Shown here: piece after piece, positions 23,834-36,104 of the stretch
How the letters are laid out: each line of letters opens with the position of its first letter
Numbering within the stretch: position 1 is the first letter of the stretch
Assembly: GCA_963758825.1 (NCBI GenBank)
Contig: CAVWWV010000004.1
Span: 188,872 to 252,871 of the forward strand
Reading direction: 5' to 3'
DNA: 64,000 bases
Source: an uncultured Actinomycetota bacterium
GTDB lineage: Bacteria > Actinomycetota > Actinomycetes > Mycobacteriales > Mycobacteriaceae
Notes under the pieces: model-generated
Databases searched by the model: none
Seen by the model: the letters and a program-made list of their open reading frames with translations, nothing else
What the model was told of the DNA's origin: nothing
Position numbers and translations under genes: made by a program

Positions 23834-25650
23834 TGCACTGCGCTCGTCGCCTTCGGCTCGTGCACGGCGTCGGCGATGTCGGGCGCATAGAGCTCTTCGA
23901 TCTCCGCGCCGTACTTTTCGTGAATCGGCTTGCGTTTGAGCTTCATCGTCAGCGTGATCTCGTCACCGCCGGGCTCCCAGAAGGTCGGCAACACCCGAAA
24001 CCGTTTGATCTGCTCCACCTTGGACAGTTTCTCGTTGCCGCCCGCGACACCTGCCGCGATCTCCGAGATCACGTCCGGGTGGGCGGCGAGCGCCTCCGGC
24101 GAATCGTCGGTCAAACCGTGCTGCGCCGCATACGGGCCTGCCGACTCGGCGTCGAGGACGATCAACGCCGTGTTGTACGGGCGGGCGTCGCCGACGACAA
24201 GCACCACGCCGACGAGAGGGCACGCGGCCTTGATGGTGTTCTCGATGTTGGCGGGCGACATGTTCTTGCCCGCTGCGTTGATGATCAGCTCCTTCTTGCG
24301 GTCGACGATCTTCAGGAAGCCGTCCTCGTCGGCCTCCATCACGTCGCCGGTGTGCAGCCAGCCGTCCTCGTCGACGGCCTCCGCGGTCTTCTTCGGTTCC
24401 TTTCGATAGCCCTTCATCACCAGCGGGCCGCGAACCAGGAACTCGCCGTCCTCGGCTATTCGGCCCTCCATCCCGGGCACCAACTTGCCGACCGTGCCCA
24501 GCCGGGTCTCCGACGGATGCGCGACGGTGGCGATGCAGCTGAGCTCCGACATACCCCATACCTCGGAGATCGGAATGCCAAGGCCGAGGAAGAACGCCAG
24601 CGTCTCCTTCGGGATGGGTGCGGCGCCCGAGACCGCATGCCTGACCTGCTCCAGGCCCAGCTTTTCGCGCAGCTTCGACAGCACCAATTCGTCGGCCTGC
24701 GCCCACTCGGCTTCGACATCGTCGGGCACCGCTTCACCGGCCACCAGCGCCGCGCTCTTTTTCGCTGCCACCGCCAGGCCCCACTGCAGGCCCATCCGCT
24801 TCGTCTCGTCCGGCTCGTTGGCCGCCGCGAAGTCGATTGCGGCCTTGAGCTTCTCCCACACCCGGGGTACCGCACCCCAGATCGTCGGCCGCACATCCGG
24901 CAGCGCTGCCGCGATCGCCCGCGGATCAGAGACGGTGGTGATCTGGGTGCCGAACACCTCCTGGAGGTACAGGGCGCCCATCCGGTCGGCGATGTGGGCG
25001 GTCGGCAGGAACGATGTGCTTCGGTCTCCGAACCGGACGCCGAGCACCTCGTCGACCGCGTACGCCTGGAACAACAGGTTGGCGTGTGTCATCTCGACGC
25101 CCTTGGGATTGCCTGTGGTTCCCGAGGTGTAGATGAGCGTGGCCACGTCGTCGGCTTGCACGGCACGCCATGACGCCTCGAAGTCGAAGTCGTCGGCGCC
25201 CGCGGCGATGAGGTCGTCGACCGAAAGCGTTCCGTCGGCCGAGCCGTCCAGACACACGATGTGGTCGATGTCGGCGCCACTGGCCCGGATCCGGTCCACG
25301 TACTGCGCCTCGCACATGATGACCTTGGTGTCGGCGTTGTCGAAGAGGTACACCAATTGCTCTGCGGGCAGCGTGTTGTAGACGGAGAACGAGATCGCAC
25401 CGACGTGCTGTGCGCCCACCTCGAGCGGATAGAACTCGACGCGGTTGGCCATCATCAACGACACGGTGTCGCCGCGCCGCACGCCGAGACCTGCCAACCC
25501 GGCCGCAACCTGGCGGACCTGATCGGCGTACTGCCGCCACGTCAGCGTCTGCGCGCCACCCGGTGTTCGCAGTGCAACGGCGTCCGGATCGATGGCGGCG
25601 GTTCGCTGAAAGGCCTCACAGAGTGTGGCAGGCCGCTCGGATGTGCTCAT
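23830..25650 (-). CDS. fadD11: Long-chain fatty-acid-CoA ligase, FadD11-like
   Basis: YTSGTTGNPKG, WGMSE, GWLHTGD, DRKKELII; syntenic position. Confidence 0.85.
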   Translation of the reverse strand: MSTSERPATLCEAFQRTAAIDPDAVALRTPGGAQTLTWRQYADQVRQVAAGLAGLGVRRGDTVSLMMANRVEFYPLEVGAQHVGAISFSVYNTLPAEQLVYLFDNADTKVIMCEAQYVDRIRASGADIDHIVCLDGSADGTLSVDDLIAAGADDFDFEASWRAVQADDVATLIYTSGTTGNPKGVEMTHANLLFQAYAVDEVLGVRFGDRSTSFLPTAHIADRMGALYLQEVFGTQITTVSDPRAIAAALPDVRPTIWGAVPRVWEKLKAAIDFAAANEPDETKRMGLQWGLAVAAKKSAALVAGEAVPDDVEAEWAQADELVLSKLREKLGLEQVRHAVSGAAPIPKETLAFFLGLGIPISEVWGMSELSCIATVAHPSETRLGTVGKLVPGMEGRIAEDGEFLVRGPLVMKGYRKEPKKTAEAVDEDGWLHTGDVMEADEDGFLKIVDRKKELIINAAGKNMSPANIENTIKAACPLVGVVLVVGDARPYNTALIVLDAESAGPYAAQHGLTDDSPEALAAHPDVISEIAAGVAGGNEKLSKVEQIKRFRVLPTFWEPGGDEITLTMKLKRKPIHEKYGAEIEELYAPDIADAVHEPKATSAVQ

Positions 25651-25681
25651 GATTCCCAACTTAGGCAATCACACTGTGCAG

Positions 25682-26422
25682 ATGGACGGTTCACCGGAAT
25701 CTGATGTACGTCGCGAGCGTCTCATCCGCTTCGCCCAGGAGCTGACGGCCGATGCCGAGAAGCGGGTGCCGGGTTGGGTTCGACACGGCGACCCCGAGAG
25801 CGCGATACCGGTGCGCATCGCGGTGCTCGCTGTGATGGCGCAGCAGGTGGCGATTCCGAGGAGCTACACGGTGATGCCACGCTGGCCGCTGTTGGTACTG
25901 GAAGGCTTGCTACTCCTTGCTCTGCTGGCGATCAACCCTCTGGTGGTGAGCCGTCGAACACAGTTCGGCAGATACGCGACATGGCTGCTGCTGGGGGCCA
26001 TCACCCTCGACAACACCGCCAGCGCGGTACTGCTCGATGTACGCATCATCTCGGGCGAGGTGAGCAACAACGCCGCTGTGTTGCTCGGTAGCGGGGCCGC
26101 GATCTTCGTGACGAACATCATCGTGTTCGGGGTCTGGTACTGGGAGCTCGACCGCGGCGGCCCGTTCGCCAGGCACATCGGAGAGCGGCCCTATCCCGAT
26201 TTCCTGTTCCCCCAGATGACGACACCCAACGTGGCCAAACCGGATTGGCGGCCGACGTTCGTCGACTATCTCTATGTCAGCGTCACCAACGTGATGGCGT
26301 TCTCTCCCACCGACACCATGCCGCTGGCACGCTGGGCCAAGGCGATGATGACGGTGCAGGCGTTGGTGGCGCTCTCCACTGCCGCGCTCGTAATCTCAAG
26401 GGCGGTGAACGTTTTGGGCTGA
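25682..26422 (+). CDS. DUF1345-type membrane protein
   Basis: WYWELDRGGP, PDFLFPQM, DYLYVS..AFSPTD. Confidence 0.72.
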   Translation: MDGSPESDVRRERLIRFAQELTADAEKRVPGWVRHGDPESAIPVRIAVLAVMAQQVAIPRSYTVMPRWPLLVLEGLLLLALLAINPLVVSRRTQFGRYATWLLLGAITLDNTASAVLLDVRIISGEVSNNAAVLLGSGAAIFVTNIIVFGVWYWELDRGGPFARHIGERPYPDFLFPQMTTPNVAKPDWRPTFVDYLYVSVTNVMAFSPTDTMPLARWAKAMMTVQALVALSTAALVISRAVNVLG

Positions 26423-26457
26423 TTGTTCAGCCAGGAAACAGGAGTACGTTCGCAGTC

Positions 26458-27293
26458 ATGGGGATTGCGACCGCCGATTTGTCACCGATCGAGCAGACCG
26501 CGTTTCTCACCGAATACGCGCGAGCGCTGGACAGCCGGTGGCCACGACCGATACTGGGCGACACGCTGGCACACGACGTCGTCGGCAACATCGACTACGA
26601 CTTCGCCGGCCTCGGGGTGCAGACCAGCGTGGTGTGCCAGACAGCACTTCGGGCGAAGATGCTCGACGACCGGGTACGTGCGTTCGTCGCAGCGCACCCC
26701 GACGCCGTTGTGGTCGATCTCGGCGCCGGGCTGGACAGCGGTTACTACCGCGTCGCGCCACCTCCCTCGGTGCACTGGTACAGCGTCGACCTCCCGGGCA
26801 TCACCGCGCTGCGCGATCAGGTGCTTCCCGCCGCGCCGCAATCGCATTCGGTGCCGGTCTCTGTTGACCGACGAGCGCTGGCCCGACGCCATACCCGCCG
26901 ATCGCCCGACCATGCTGGTAGCCGATGGGCTGTTCGCCTTTCTGACCGAGGCGCAGATCATCGCGATCTTCTTGACCATCACCGACCACTTCGGCGCCGG
27001 CGAACTCGCGTTCAACGACTACGGCAGGATCGGCTGGGCCAGCCGCCTGGCGGTCAAGCTGTACCCGCAGAAGATGTTCAAAGACGTCGGCAGCCAATTC
27101 GGCTATCCGGGCTTCAAGGACGCGCACCACCCCGAGACCTGGAATCCGCGAATGACGCCTGGTCGAAGAGGCCAGCCTGACCGATGCCCCGGAAGTCGAC
27201 CTGTTTCCCGGCTGGATCCGGGTGGCGACCAAACTCTCCGGCAAGAGCAAGACGGCACGCCGCAAGGCGCGAATCCTGCGCTACGCGTTCTAG
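26458..27293 (+). CDS. Class I SAM-dependent methyltransferase (LCM-like); apparent frameshifts near 26865 and 27160
   Basis: [24 protein letters not shown], then [10 protein letters not shown] and a third-frame C-terminus ILRYAF*. Confidence 0.78.
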
Positions 27294-30200
27294 CCCAGGC
27301 AGCCGGGCCCGAGCAACGCTTTCAGGTCACCCATCAGCGCCGACGACGGCGTGACCCGCAGCGCCTGGTCCAATTCCAGCGTGGTGATGCGGTCTCCGCT
27401 GATCAGCCGCAGATGCACCTGCGAGGTTCCCGGGTGACGCGCAAGCACCTGCTTGAGGGAATTGACCTTGTCGATGGTGCACTGCCGGGTCGGCAGGCTC
27501 ACCGCGACAGGCCGGTCCACCGCGGCGTTCGAGAAGTCCGGCACCACAAGGTCGTTGGCGATCAGGCAGATCCGGTCGTCCTGGATTCTGACCTTCGCGC
27601 TGACGACGACCACGGCATCGTCGACCACCTCAGCGCCGTAGCTCGAGTACGTGTGCGGGAAGAACATCACCTCGACCCCGCCGGTGAGGTCTTCCAATTG
27701 AGCTGAGGCCCAAGGCATCCCGTTCTTGTTCACCCGACGATTCACCCCGGTCAGGATTCCGCCGACCCGCACCTGGGCGTCGTTGGGGACTTCGCCGTTC
27801 AGAATCGCCGGGATCTGGGTGTCCACCTGGGCCGTCAACAGGTGGGCGACGCCGTTGAGCGGGTGGCCGGACACATACAGGCCGAGCATCTCCCGTTCCA
27901 ACGCCAGCTTGTGCTTGTCGTCCCACTCCTCGTCGGGAACCTTGATGGTGAACACCGCGTCGGTGGCGGTGTCGGCCCCGCCGAACAGGTCGAACTGGCC
28001 CATCGCCTCGGCCTTCTTGGTGCCGAGCACCGAGTCGACGGCGTCGGTGTGCACCAGGAAGAGCCCCTTGCGCGGATGGCCGAGCGAATCGAACCCGCCC
28101 GCCTTGATCAGCGACTCGGTGACCTTCTTGTTGCACGGACCGATGTCGATCTTGTTGAGATAGTCGGAGAAGTCGATGAACTTCCCCTTCTCGGTACGCG
28201 AATTGATCAGCGAGGCAACGACGTTGGCGCCGACATTGCGCACGGCACCGAGCCCGTAGCGGATGTCTTCGCCAACGGAGGCGAAGTTCAGACCGGACTC
28301 GTTGACATCGGGCGGCAGCACCGTGATGCCCAGCTTGCGGCAGTCGGCCAGATACACCGCCGCCTTGTCCTTGTCGTCGCCCACCGACGTCAGCAGGCCG
28401 GCCATGTATTCGGCGGGATAGTTGGCCTTCAGGTACGCCGTCCAGTACGACACCAGCCCGTAGCCGGCCGCGTGCGATTTGTTGAACGCGTAGTCGGCGA
28501 AGGGAAGCACGGTGTCCCACAGCGCCTTGATGGCGGCGGCCGAGAACCCATTGGCCTTCATGCCTTCCGAGAAGCCCTCGTACTCCTTGTCGAGCACCTC
28601 GCGCTTCTTCTTGCCCATGGCCTTGCGCAGAATGTCTGCTCGGGCGAGCGAGTAACCCGCCACCTTCTGCGCGATGCGCATGATCTGCTCTTGGTAGACG
28701 ATCAGGCCGTAGGTCTCGGACAGGATCTCCTGGAGCGGCTCGGCGAGCTCCGGGTGGATGGGCCGAATGGCCTGGCGGCCGTTCTTGCGGTCGGCGTAGT
28801 CGTTGTGGGCGTTCATGCCCATCGGGCCGGGCCGGTACAGCGCGATCACGGCGACGACATCCTGGAAGCCGGTGGGCTGCATGCGGCGTAGCAGGTCACG
28901 CATCGGGCCACCGTCGAGCTGGAAAACGCCGAGAGTATCTCCGCGGCCGAGCAATTCGTAGGTTGCACCGTCGTCGAGCGGCAGCGACTCCAGGTCCAGC
29001 TCGATTCCCCGGTTGGCGTTGATGTTCTCGAGCGCGTCACCGATGATCGTCAGGTTCCGCAGCCCGAGGAAGTCCATCTTCAGCAGGCCGATGGCCTCGC
29101 ACGACGGGTAGTCCCAGCCGGTGATGATGGCGCCGTCCTGAGCCCGCTTCCACAGCGGGATCGCCTCGGTCAGCGGCTCGGAACTCATGATCACCGCGCA
29201 GGCGTGCACGCCTGCGTTGCGGATCAGGCCCTCGAGACCGCGGGCGGTTTCGTAGATGGTGCGGACGTCGGGGTCGGTGTCGATCAGGCCGCGGATCTCT
29301 GCGGCTTCCTTGTAGCGGGCGTGGGCTGGATCGGTGATGCCCGACAGCGGGATGTCCTTGGCCATGATGGGCGGCGGCAGCGCCTTGGTGATGCGGTCCG
29401 CGATGGCGAATCCCGGTTGGCCGTAGTGGATTCGGGCCGAATCCTTCAGTGCGGCCTTCGTCTTGATGGTGCCGAAGGTGATGACCTGGGCAACCCGGTC
29501 GTGGCCCCACTTGTCGGCGGCGTAGCGCACCATCTCGCCGCGCCTGCGGTCGTCGAAGTCGATGTCGATATCGGGCATCGATGCGCGTTCGGGGTTGAGG
29601 AAGCGCTCGAACAGCAGGCCGTGCTCGATCGGGTCGATGTCGGTGATCCGCAGCGCGTAGGCGACCAACGAGCCTGCGGCCGACCCGCGGCCCGGACCCA
29701 CCCGGATGTCCACCGACCGCGCGTAGCCGACGAGGTCGGCGACGATCAGGAAGTACGACGGAAACCCCTTGCCGCAGATGACCTCGATCTCGAACGCGGC
29801 GCGGTCGACGTACTCGGGCGGCACACCGGCCGGGAACCGCCGCCTCAGCCCCGCGTCCACCTCGTGCCGCAGCCACGAGGCCTGGTCGTGCCCATCGGGC
29901 ACCGGGAAGATCGGCATCCGGTCGCGCGCCGCCCACACGTCCGCGTAGGACTGCACGCGTTCGGCGATGAGCAGCGTCGAGTCGCAGGCGCCGGGAATGT
30001 CGTCGTCCCACAGCGACCGCATCTCGGCGGCCGATTTCAGGTAGTAGCCGTCGCCGTCGAACTTGAACCGGTTGGGGTCCGACAGCGTCTTGCCGGTCTG
30101 CACGCACAGCAGCGCCTCGTGATTGTGCGCGGCGTCGCGGGTGACGTAATGGCAGTCGTTGGTGGCCAGCGGCCGGGATGTCGAGCTTGCGACCGACCTC

Positions 30201-30878
30201 CAGCAGCCCCTCGCGGACCCGTCGCTCGATCGACAGGCCGTGGTCCATCAGCTCGAGGAAGTAGTTGTCCGGCCCGAAGATCTCCCGCCATTTCGCCGCG
30301 GATTCCAGCGCCTCGCGGTCATGGCCGAGCCGGAGCCGGGTCTGCACCTCGCCCGACGGGCAACCGGTGGTGGCGATGATGCCCTCGGCGTTCTCTGCGA
30401 TGATCTCGGCGTCCATCCTCGACCACTTGCCGAGCTGGCCCTCGAACGACGCGAGCGACGACAGCTTGAACAGGTTGCGCACACCCGTCGCGTTCTCCGC
30501 GACCATCGTCAGATGGGTGTAGGAGCCGCTGCCCGATACGTCGTCGCCCTTCTGACCGGGGTCGCCCCAGAGAACACGGCGGGTGTCGAAGCGGGATCCG
30601 GGCGCGATGTAGGCCTCAACGCCGATGATCGGCTTGATCCCGGCCTCGGTGGCCAAGTTGTAGAACTCGCTGGCGCCGAACATGTTTCCGTGGTCGGTCA
30701 TGCCGATCGCCGGCATCTCCAGCCGCTGGGCTTCGGCCAGCATGTGAGCGATCTTCGCGGCGCCGTCCAGCATCGAGTACTCGGTGTGGTTATGCAGGTG
30801 CACGAAGGACGACTGACGTGGGGGCACCTCCCGCTCGCGGGGGACGCTCGCGCGAGGAGTCGACGGATCAGCGTTCAT
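27290..30878 (-). CDS. dnaE1: DNA polymerase III alpha subunit; apparent frameshift near 30172
   Basis: PHP domain [39 protein letters not shown]; the two halves lie in different frames. Confidence 0.96.
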
Positions 30879-30935
30879 AGGGACGCCAGTGTATGGCCGT
30901 GCACCGACGAGCACGGGCGTGTCGCGGTGCGTGTC

Positions 30936-32153
30936 TCAACGCGATAGCGACGTTAGCTGTTCATGCAGGTGGTCGGCGACGCCCCGGTCCGTCGTCAGCT
31001 CGATCGCGACCCGGTACGCATGCGCTGCAGCCTCGGGCCGGCCCGCCTCGGCGAGCAGGTGGGCCCGTGTCGACCAGGCCGGCTGGAACCGGTCGACCGC
31101 CGGGTCGGCGACGGCGTCCAGCGCGCGCAAGCCCGCATCCGGGCCGTCGATCTGTCCCTCGACCGCCGCAAGTGCGACCGCGGCGCCCAGCGACGGCGCC
31201 ACCCGCACCAGGGCGCGGTACAGCTTGCGCAGCGACTCCGGGTTCGTCGGCCGGCAGCAGTGCGCCGACTGGATCGCCGCCTCGTACTGGAACCGGCCCG
31301 GCCGACCGAAGCCGTGCGCGCGTCGCAGCAACCCTTCACCGCGGGCGATCAGCGTTGCGTCCCAGCGCGTCGCGTCCTGCTCGTCGAGGGGGACGAATCG
31401 GCCGCGCGGGTCGCGGCGGGCGGGCTTGCGGGCCTCCGACAGGCAGACCAGCGCGGCCAACCCCAGCACTTCCGGTTGGTCGGGCAGCAGGTCGGTCAGC
31501 ACCAGAGCCAGGTGCAGTGCTTCCGCCGACAGCGTCTCGATCGGCGCGGCCTGCGGTGTCAGCTGCCAGTCGATCGCATATGCGCCGTAGACCGCTTCGA
31601 GCACCGCAGGCAGCCGTGCGGCCAGGTCGTCGCGGTCGGGCAGCACGAACGGAATGCCCGCATCGCGAATGCGCTTCTTGGCTCGCACCAGGCGTTGGGC
31701 CATGGCGGCGGGTTCGACCGCGAAGGCCCCGGCGACGGCGGCCGCGTCGACGCCGAGCACCGTCTGCAGCATCAGCGGCGTGCGGATGTTCGTCGCGATG
31801 GCGGGATGTGCGCAGACCAGCATCAGCTCGAGCCGCCGGTCGGGTATCGCAGATACTTGGTCGACTTCGGTTGCCTCGGAATGGTTTTCGGCCAGCGCTT
31901 CGGTCATCCGGTAGGCGTGCGACTTCCACACGTCGCGCATTCGGTTGCGGGCGACGGTCAGCAGCCACGCCTCGGGATTGGCGGGAATGCCGTCGTTCGG
32001 CCACCGGTCAACCGCGCGTTCGAGGGCATCGGCCAACGCATCCTCGGCTGCGGCGATGTCGCGGGTGGGTGCCGCCAGCAGTGCGAGCAGCCGACCATAG
32101 GAATCACGAAACAGGTCGGCCACCCGCTGCTGGACCGCTACGGGTTGTACCAC
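30936..32153 (-). CDS. ECF sigma factor with long C-terminal (TPR-like) extension, ECF42 type
   Basis: AAAEDALADAL, WPNDGIPANPEAWLLTVARNR, AMAQRLVRAK, FVPLDEQD..RWD, FQYEAAI; coupled to a DGPF gene. Confidence 0.85.
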   Translation of the reverse strand: MVQPVAVQQRVADLFRDSYGRLLALLAAPTRDIAAAEDALADALERAVDRWPNDGIPANPEAWLLTVARNRMRDVWKSHAYRMTEALAENHSEATEVDQVSAIPDRRLELMLVCAHPAIATNIRTPLMLQTVLGVDAAAVAGAFAVEPAAMAQRLVRAKKRIRDAGIPFVLPDRDDLAARLPAVLEAVYGAYAIDWQLTPQAAPIETLSAEALHLALVLTDLLPDQPEVLGLAALVCLSEARKPARRDPRGRFVPLDEQDATRWDATLIARGEGLLRRAHGFGRPGRFQYEAAIQSAHCCRPTNPESLRKLYRALVRVAPSLGAAVALAAVEGQIDGPDAGLRALDAVADPAVDRFQPAWSTRAHLLAEAGRPEAAAHAYRVAIELTTDRGVADHLHEQLTSLSR

Positions 32154-32515
32154 CCGCGGTCGGCGGCGTATGTCCGCGCCACCGGACGGATCTCGACCGA
32201 ACCCCAGCCGTTGGCCGGATTGCGCTGGGCCCATTTGATTGCCTCGTCGAGGTTGTCGACCTCGATGACGAAGATGCCGCCGAGTTTCTCCTTGGTGTCG
32301 GCGAACGGCCCGTCCTGGATCTCCGGTGCGCCGTTGCGTGCGGTCACCGTCGTCGTGGTGTCCACGGAGTCGAGCACTTCGGTGGTGATCAGCACGCCTG
32401 CTGCCGTCAGATCGTCGGCGTACGCACCGAACGCGGCCATCGCGGGCGCCATGTCTTCCTCGCTGAGCCCGACATCGGGGCCCTCCTGGTAGTGCATCAA
32501 CAGGCAGTAGCGCAT
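32138..32515 (-). CDS. YciI/DGPF-family protein
   Basis: MRYCLLM...QDGPFADTKEKLGG...VEIRP; GAGGAGG RBS. Confidence 0.88.
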   Translation of the reverse strand: MRYCLLMHYQEGPDVGLSEEDMAPAMAAFGAYADDLTAAGVLITTEVLDSVDTTTTVTARNGAPEIQDGPFADTKEKLGGIFVIEVDNLDEAIKWAQRNPANGWGSVEIRPVARTYAADRGWYNP

Positions 32516-32559
32516 GTTGTCGTCCTCCTCGTCGTCGATTGTGACCTTGACACGGCTAT

Positions 32560-32586
32560 GACGACTCGAGTCCTGCCGAATCGACA
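32560..32586 (-). promoter_or_regulatory. Putative ECF42 target promoter
   Basis: TGTCGA-N17-CGTC upstream of the DGPF gene. Confidence 0.65.
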
Positions 32587-32675
32587 TTCGACCGACCGGT
32601 CCGCGTAAAACATCGCGAGCCCCCATCTTGTGCTCCTTTCGGTGGCCACCGCCCGTTGTGGGGGGTGTTCACCTG

Positions 32676-33613
32676 CTAGGAGGAGTGAGGGCCCGGCAAT
32701 CGCACACTTTCTTCGACAGTTGGCGGTGACCGTTGTGCGTTGCGCCGAGCGCGAAGCAGCGCATCGCCGGTGAACACCGCCAGCCCAACCCAGATCAGCG
32801 CGAAGCCGAGCCACCGACCGACGGGCATCGGCTCGTGTCCGACCAGCACTCCCCAGGCCATCTGCAGGCCCGGGTTGAGATAGAACAGCAGGCCCAGAGT
32901 CACCATCGGAAGCCGTTGGGCGGCTGCGGCGAAGAGCAGCAGTGGAATCGCGGTGACCGGGCCCGCCAGCAGCAGCAGCACCGTGTGGCCCACTCCGTAG
33001 TTGACGAAGTGCGCCTGCTCGGAGACTTGAAGCCAGATCATGTAGCCCAGCGCGACGGGAAGCGCCCACAGCGTCTCGACCGCCACGCCGACCCGAGGAT
33101 CGGCGTCGACCACCTTTTTGATCAGCCCGTACAGGCCGAACGAGAAGGCAAGGATCAACGCGACGTAGGGCACCTCGCCCACTTCGGCGGTCAGGATCGC
33201 GACCGCCGCGACCGCGAGGAGGAGGGCGATCAGCTGCCATCGGTTGAGTCGCTCGCGAAAGATGACCACGCCGAGGGCCACCGTGACGAGCGGGTTGATG
33301 AAGTAGCCGAGGGCGGCGTCGACGACGTGGCCGTGTGTGACGGCCCAGATGTAGGTGCCCCAGTTGATGGCGATGAGCGCCGACGCCGCCAGCAGCTGGA
33401 ACCAGGTGCGTGCGCTGAGCCTGCGCAGGTCACCGAGCCGCCGCACGACGGCGAGCAGTCCAGCAGGAAGACCGCGCTCCACACGAAGCGGTGAGCGAGT
33501 ATCTCGGGGGCGGTGGCGGGCAGCAGCAGAAGGAAGAACCCCGGGCACAGCCCCCACCAGATGTAGGCGCCCGCACCGAACAGCAGCCCGGAACGCCGCC
33601 GCTCGTCGCTCAC
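32676..33613 (-). CDS. rarD: RarD (EamA) transporter; apparent frameshift near 33460
   Basis: [35 protein letters not shown]. Confidence 0.85.
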
Positions 33614-34539
33614 AGTTCGTGATTGCGCAGGACGTCGAGGGCGTGCTGCAGGTCGGAGGGGTACGGGCTGCTGATCTCGACACGGCGGCCGTCGGCGGGA
33701 TGCGCGAAGGCCAGCGTTCGGGCATGAAGCCATTGCCGTTCCAGGCCAAGCTTTTTCGCAAGCACCGGGTCGGCGCCGTAGGTGATGTCACCTGCGCACG
33801 GATGGTGCAGCGCGGCGAAGTGCACCCGAATCTGGTGTGTGCGACCGGTTTCCAGCTCGATGTCGAGCAGGCTGGCCGCCTGGTGGGCTTCCAGCGTGTC
33901 GTAGTGGGTGACGCTGTTCCTGCCGCCTTGGGTGACGGCGAATTTCCAGTCGTGCCCGCGGTGTCTTCCGATGGGCGCGTCGATGGTGCCGCTGGACGGA
34001 TCCGGGTGTCCCTGCACAAGCGCGTGATAGCGCTTCTCGACGGTGCGCTGTTTGAAGGCCCGCTTGAGCAGGGTGTAGGCGCGCTCGGAGAGCGCCACGA
34101 CCATCACACCCGAGGTGCCGACGTCGAGCCTGTGCACGATGCCCTGCCGCTCGTGGATGCCCGAGGTGGTGATCCGGAAGCCGGCGGCCGCAAGCCCGCC
34201 GAGCACAGTCGGCCCGTGCCAGCCGACGGTCGCATGGGCGGCCACCCCGGCCGGTTTGTCGACCGCGACGATGTCGTCGTCGGAGTACAGAATCGTCATG
34301 CCCTCGATGTCGACCGGCGTGTTCTCCGGCGCCGCGGACGCTTCGGGCAGCCGCACCTCCAGCCAGGCACCGGGCATCAGCCGGTCGGACTTGCCGACCG
34401 GGGTCCCGTCGAGGTCGACACCGCCCTCCTCGGCCAGGGTCGCTGCGGCGGTGCGGGACAGGCCGAGCAGCCTGGCCAGGCCGGCGTCCACGCGCATACC
34501 CGCCAGTCCTTCCGGCACGGGCATCGAGCGGGTGTCCAT
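33610..34539 (-). CDS. rluD: RluA-family 23S rRNA pseudouridine synthase
   Basis: S4 domain, [26 protein letters not shown]. Confidence 0.92.
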   Translation of the reverse strand: MDTRSMPVPEGLAGMRVDAGLARLLGLSRTAAATLAEEGGVDLDGTPVGKSDRLMPGAWLEVRLPEASAAPENTPVDIEGMTILYSDDDIVAVDKPAGVAAHATVGWHGPTVLGGLAAAGFRITTSGIHERQGIVHRLDVGTSGVMVVALSERAYTLLKRAFKQRTVEKRYHALVQGHPDPSSGTIDAPIGRHRGHDWKFAVTQGGRNSVTHYDTLEAHQAASLLDIELETGRTHQIRVHFAALHHPCAGDITYGADPVLAKKLGLERQWLHARTLAFAHPADGRRVEISSPYPSDLQHALDVLRNHEL

Positions 34540-35129
34540 CAGGAGGGTTCGGCCTCACGCCGTGCGACGGACTCCGCTTCCCCCGGTGTCTCCTGTGCTT
34601 CCTCGCCGGCCTTGTGTCGACCGACGGTGTCGAAGTCGAATCCGAACAGCGACAGCACAACCAGCAGGATCGCCCCGCCCACCACCGATGGGTCGGCCAC
34701 GTTGAACACCGGCCACCAGCCGATGGAGAGGAAGTCGACGACGTGGCCCCGCAACGGTCCCGGGGAGCGGAAGAACCTGTCGACCAGGTTGCCCATCGCT
34801 CCGCCGAGGATCATGCCGAGGCCGATCGCCCACCACGGCGAAACAAGCCGCCTGCCCATCCAGATGATGCCGACCACCACACCGCTGGCGACCAGGGTCA
34901 GCACCCAGGTGTAGCCGGTGGCCATCGAGAACGCGGCGCCGGAGTTGCGCACCAGCGTCCACGTCACGGTGTCGCCGATGATCGAGACCGGCTGGCCCGG
35001 CGTGAGCAGCTTGACCGCGAGCACTTTGGTGACGACGTCGAGCAGCAGGACGACGGCCGCCACGCTCACCAGCAGGCGGATCCGGCGTCGCGGCTTCGGC
35101 TCGGCCTCCGGGGCCGATTCATCAGTCAC
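34539..35129 (-). CDS. lspA: Lipoprotein signal peptidase II
   Basis: [28 protein letters not shown]. Confidence 0.95.
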   Translation of the reverse strand: MTDESAPEAEPKPRRRIRLLVSVAAVVLLLDVVTKVLAVKLLTPGQPVSIIGDTVTWTLVRNSGAAFSMATGYTWVLTLVASGVVVGIIWMGRRLVSPWWAIGLGMILGGAMGNLVDRFFRSPGPLRGHVVDFLSIGWWPVFNVADPSVVGGAILLVVLSLFGFDFDTVGRHKAGEEAQETPGEAESVARREAEPS

Positions 35130-35171
35130 TCCCCCATCATTCCCCAAGGGTGATTTTGCAATGATGTGGGT

Positions 35172-36104
35172 GTGAGCCGCCTCGTCGTGATCACCACCGG
35201 CGGGACGATCGCCAGCCGCGCCGACGATGACGGCGTCAAGCGGCCATCGACCAGCGGCGCCGACCTGGTCGACGGGCTCGACGCCGAGGTCGTGGACCTG
35301 ATGTCGGTGGACAGCTCGCAGCTGACGCCCGCCCACTGGGACTCGATGCGCACGGCGGTCGCCGCGATCGCGAAACGAGCCGAGGTCGACGGCATGGTCA
35401 TCACGCACGGCACCGACACGATGGAGGAATCGGCGTTATGGCTCGAACTGACCTACGACGGCGCCACGCCGGTGGTCATCACCGGCGCACTGCGCAGCGC
35501 CGATGCGCCCAACGCGGACGGACCGCAGAATCTGCGTGACGCGCTGACGGTGGCCGCCAGCCCGCTGGCCGACGGCCTCGGCGTGCTGGTGAGTCTCGCG
35601 GGGACGGTCTGGCAGCCGCTCGGCCTGCACAAGGTCGCGACATCTGATCTCTCCGGTTTCGCCGGCGTTGCGGTCGGCGCTGTTGCTGGCGGCCGTTTCG
35701 AGCCGCGGGCCGCCAAGGAGCGGCCGTTCCTCGGCGAGCTGCCGAGCGCCGACGCGCCGCGGGTGGACATCGTCGCGGTCTATCCCGGCGCCGACGGGGC
35801 GGCGATGGACGCGTGCGTCGCCGCGGGCGCGGCGGGGCTTGTGCTGGAGGCAGTCGGTTCGGGCAACGCGGGCGCCGAGGTGATCGACGCGGTGCGGCGG
35901 CACTGCAGCGACGGCGTGGCGGTTGCGGTGTCGACGAGAGTGCCCGGCGGAACGGTCGGCGCCGGCTACGGGCCTGGGCGTGAGCTGGCGGACGCGGGGG
36001 CGGTGATGGTGCCGCGGCTGCGGCCCTCACAGGCCCGGGTGCTACTGATCGCTGCCCTGGCGAGCGGCTCGCCCGTCGACGACGTCGTCGCCCGGTGGGG
36101 CTGA
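35172..36104 (+). CDS. ansA: L-asparaginase
   Basis: [23 protein letters not shown]. Confidence 0.92.
   Translation: MSRLVVITTGGTIASRADDDGVKRPSTSGADLVDGLDAEVVDLMSVDSSQLTPAHWDSMRTAVAAIAKRAEVDGMVITHGTDTMEESALWLELTYDGATPVVITGALRSADAPNADGPQNLRDALTVAASPLADGLGVLVSLAGTVWQPLGLHKVATSDLSGFAGVAVGAVAGGRFEPRAAKERPFLGELPSADAPRVDIVAVYPGADGAAMDACVAAGAAGLVLEAVGSGNAGAEVIDAVRRHCSDGVAVAVSTRVPGGTVGAGYGPGRELADAGAVMVPRLRPSQARVLLIAALASGSPVDDVVARWG

Noticed and set aside
29037-30914. Split dnaE1 as intein, programmed frameshift or pseudogene
   Set aside because: No intein motifs or slippery run at the junction; a single indel in the P(P/L)LATND region restores a normal gene, matching the window-wide error pattern.
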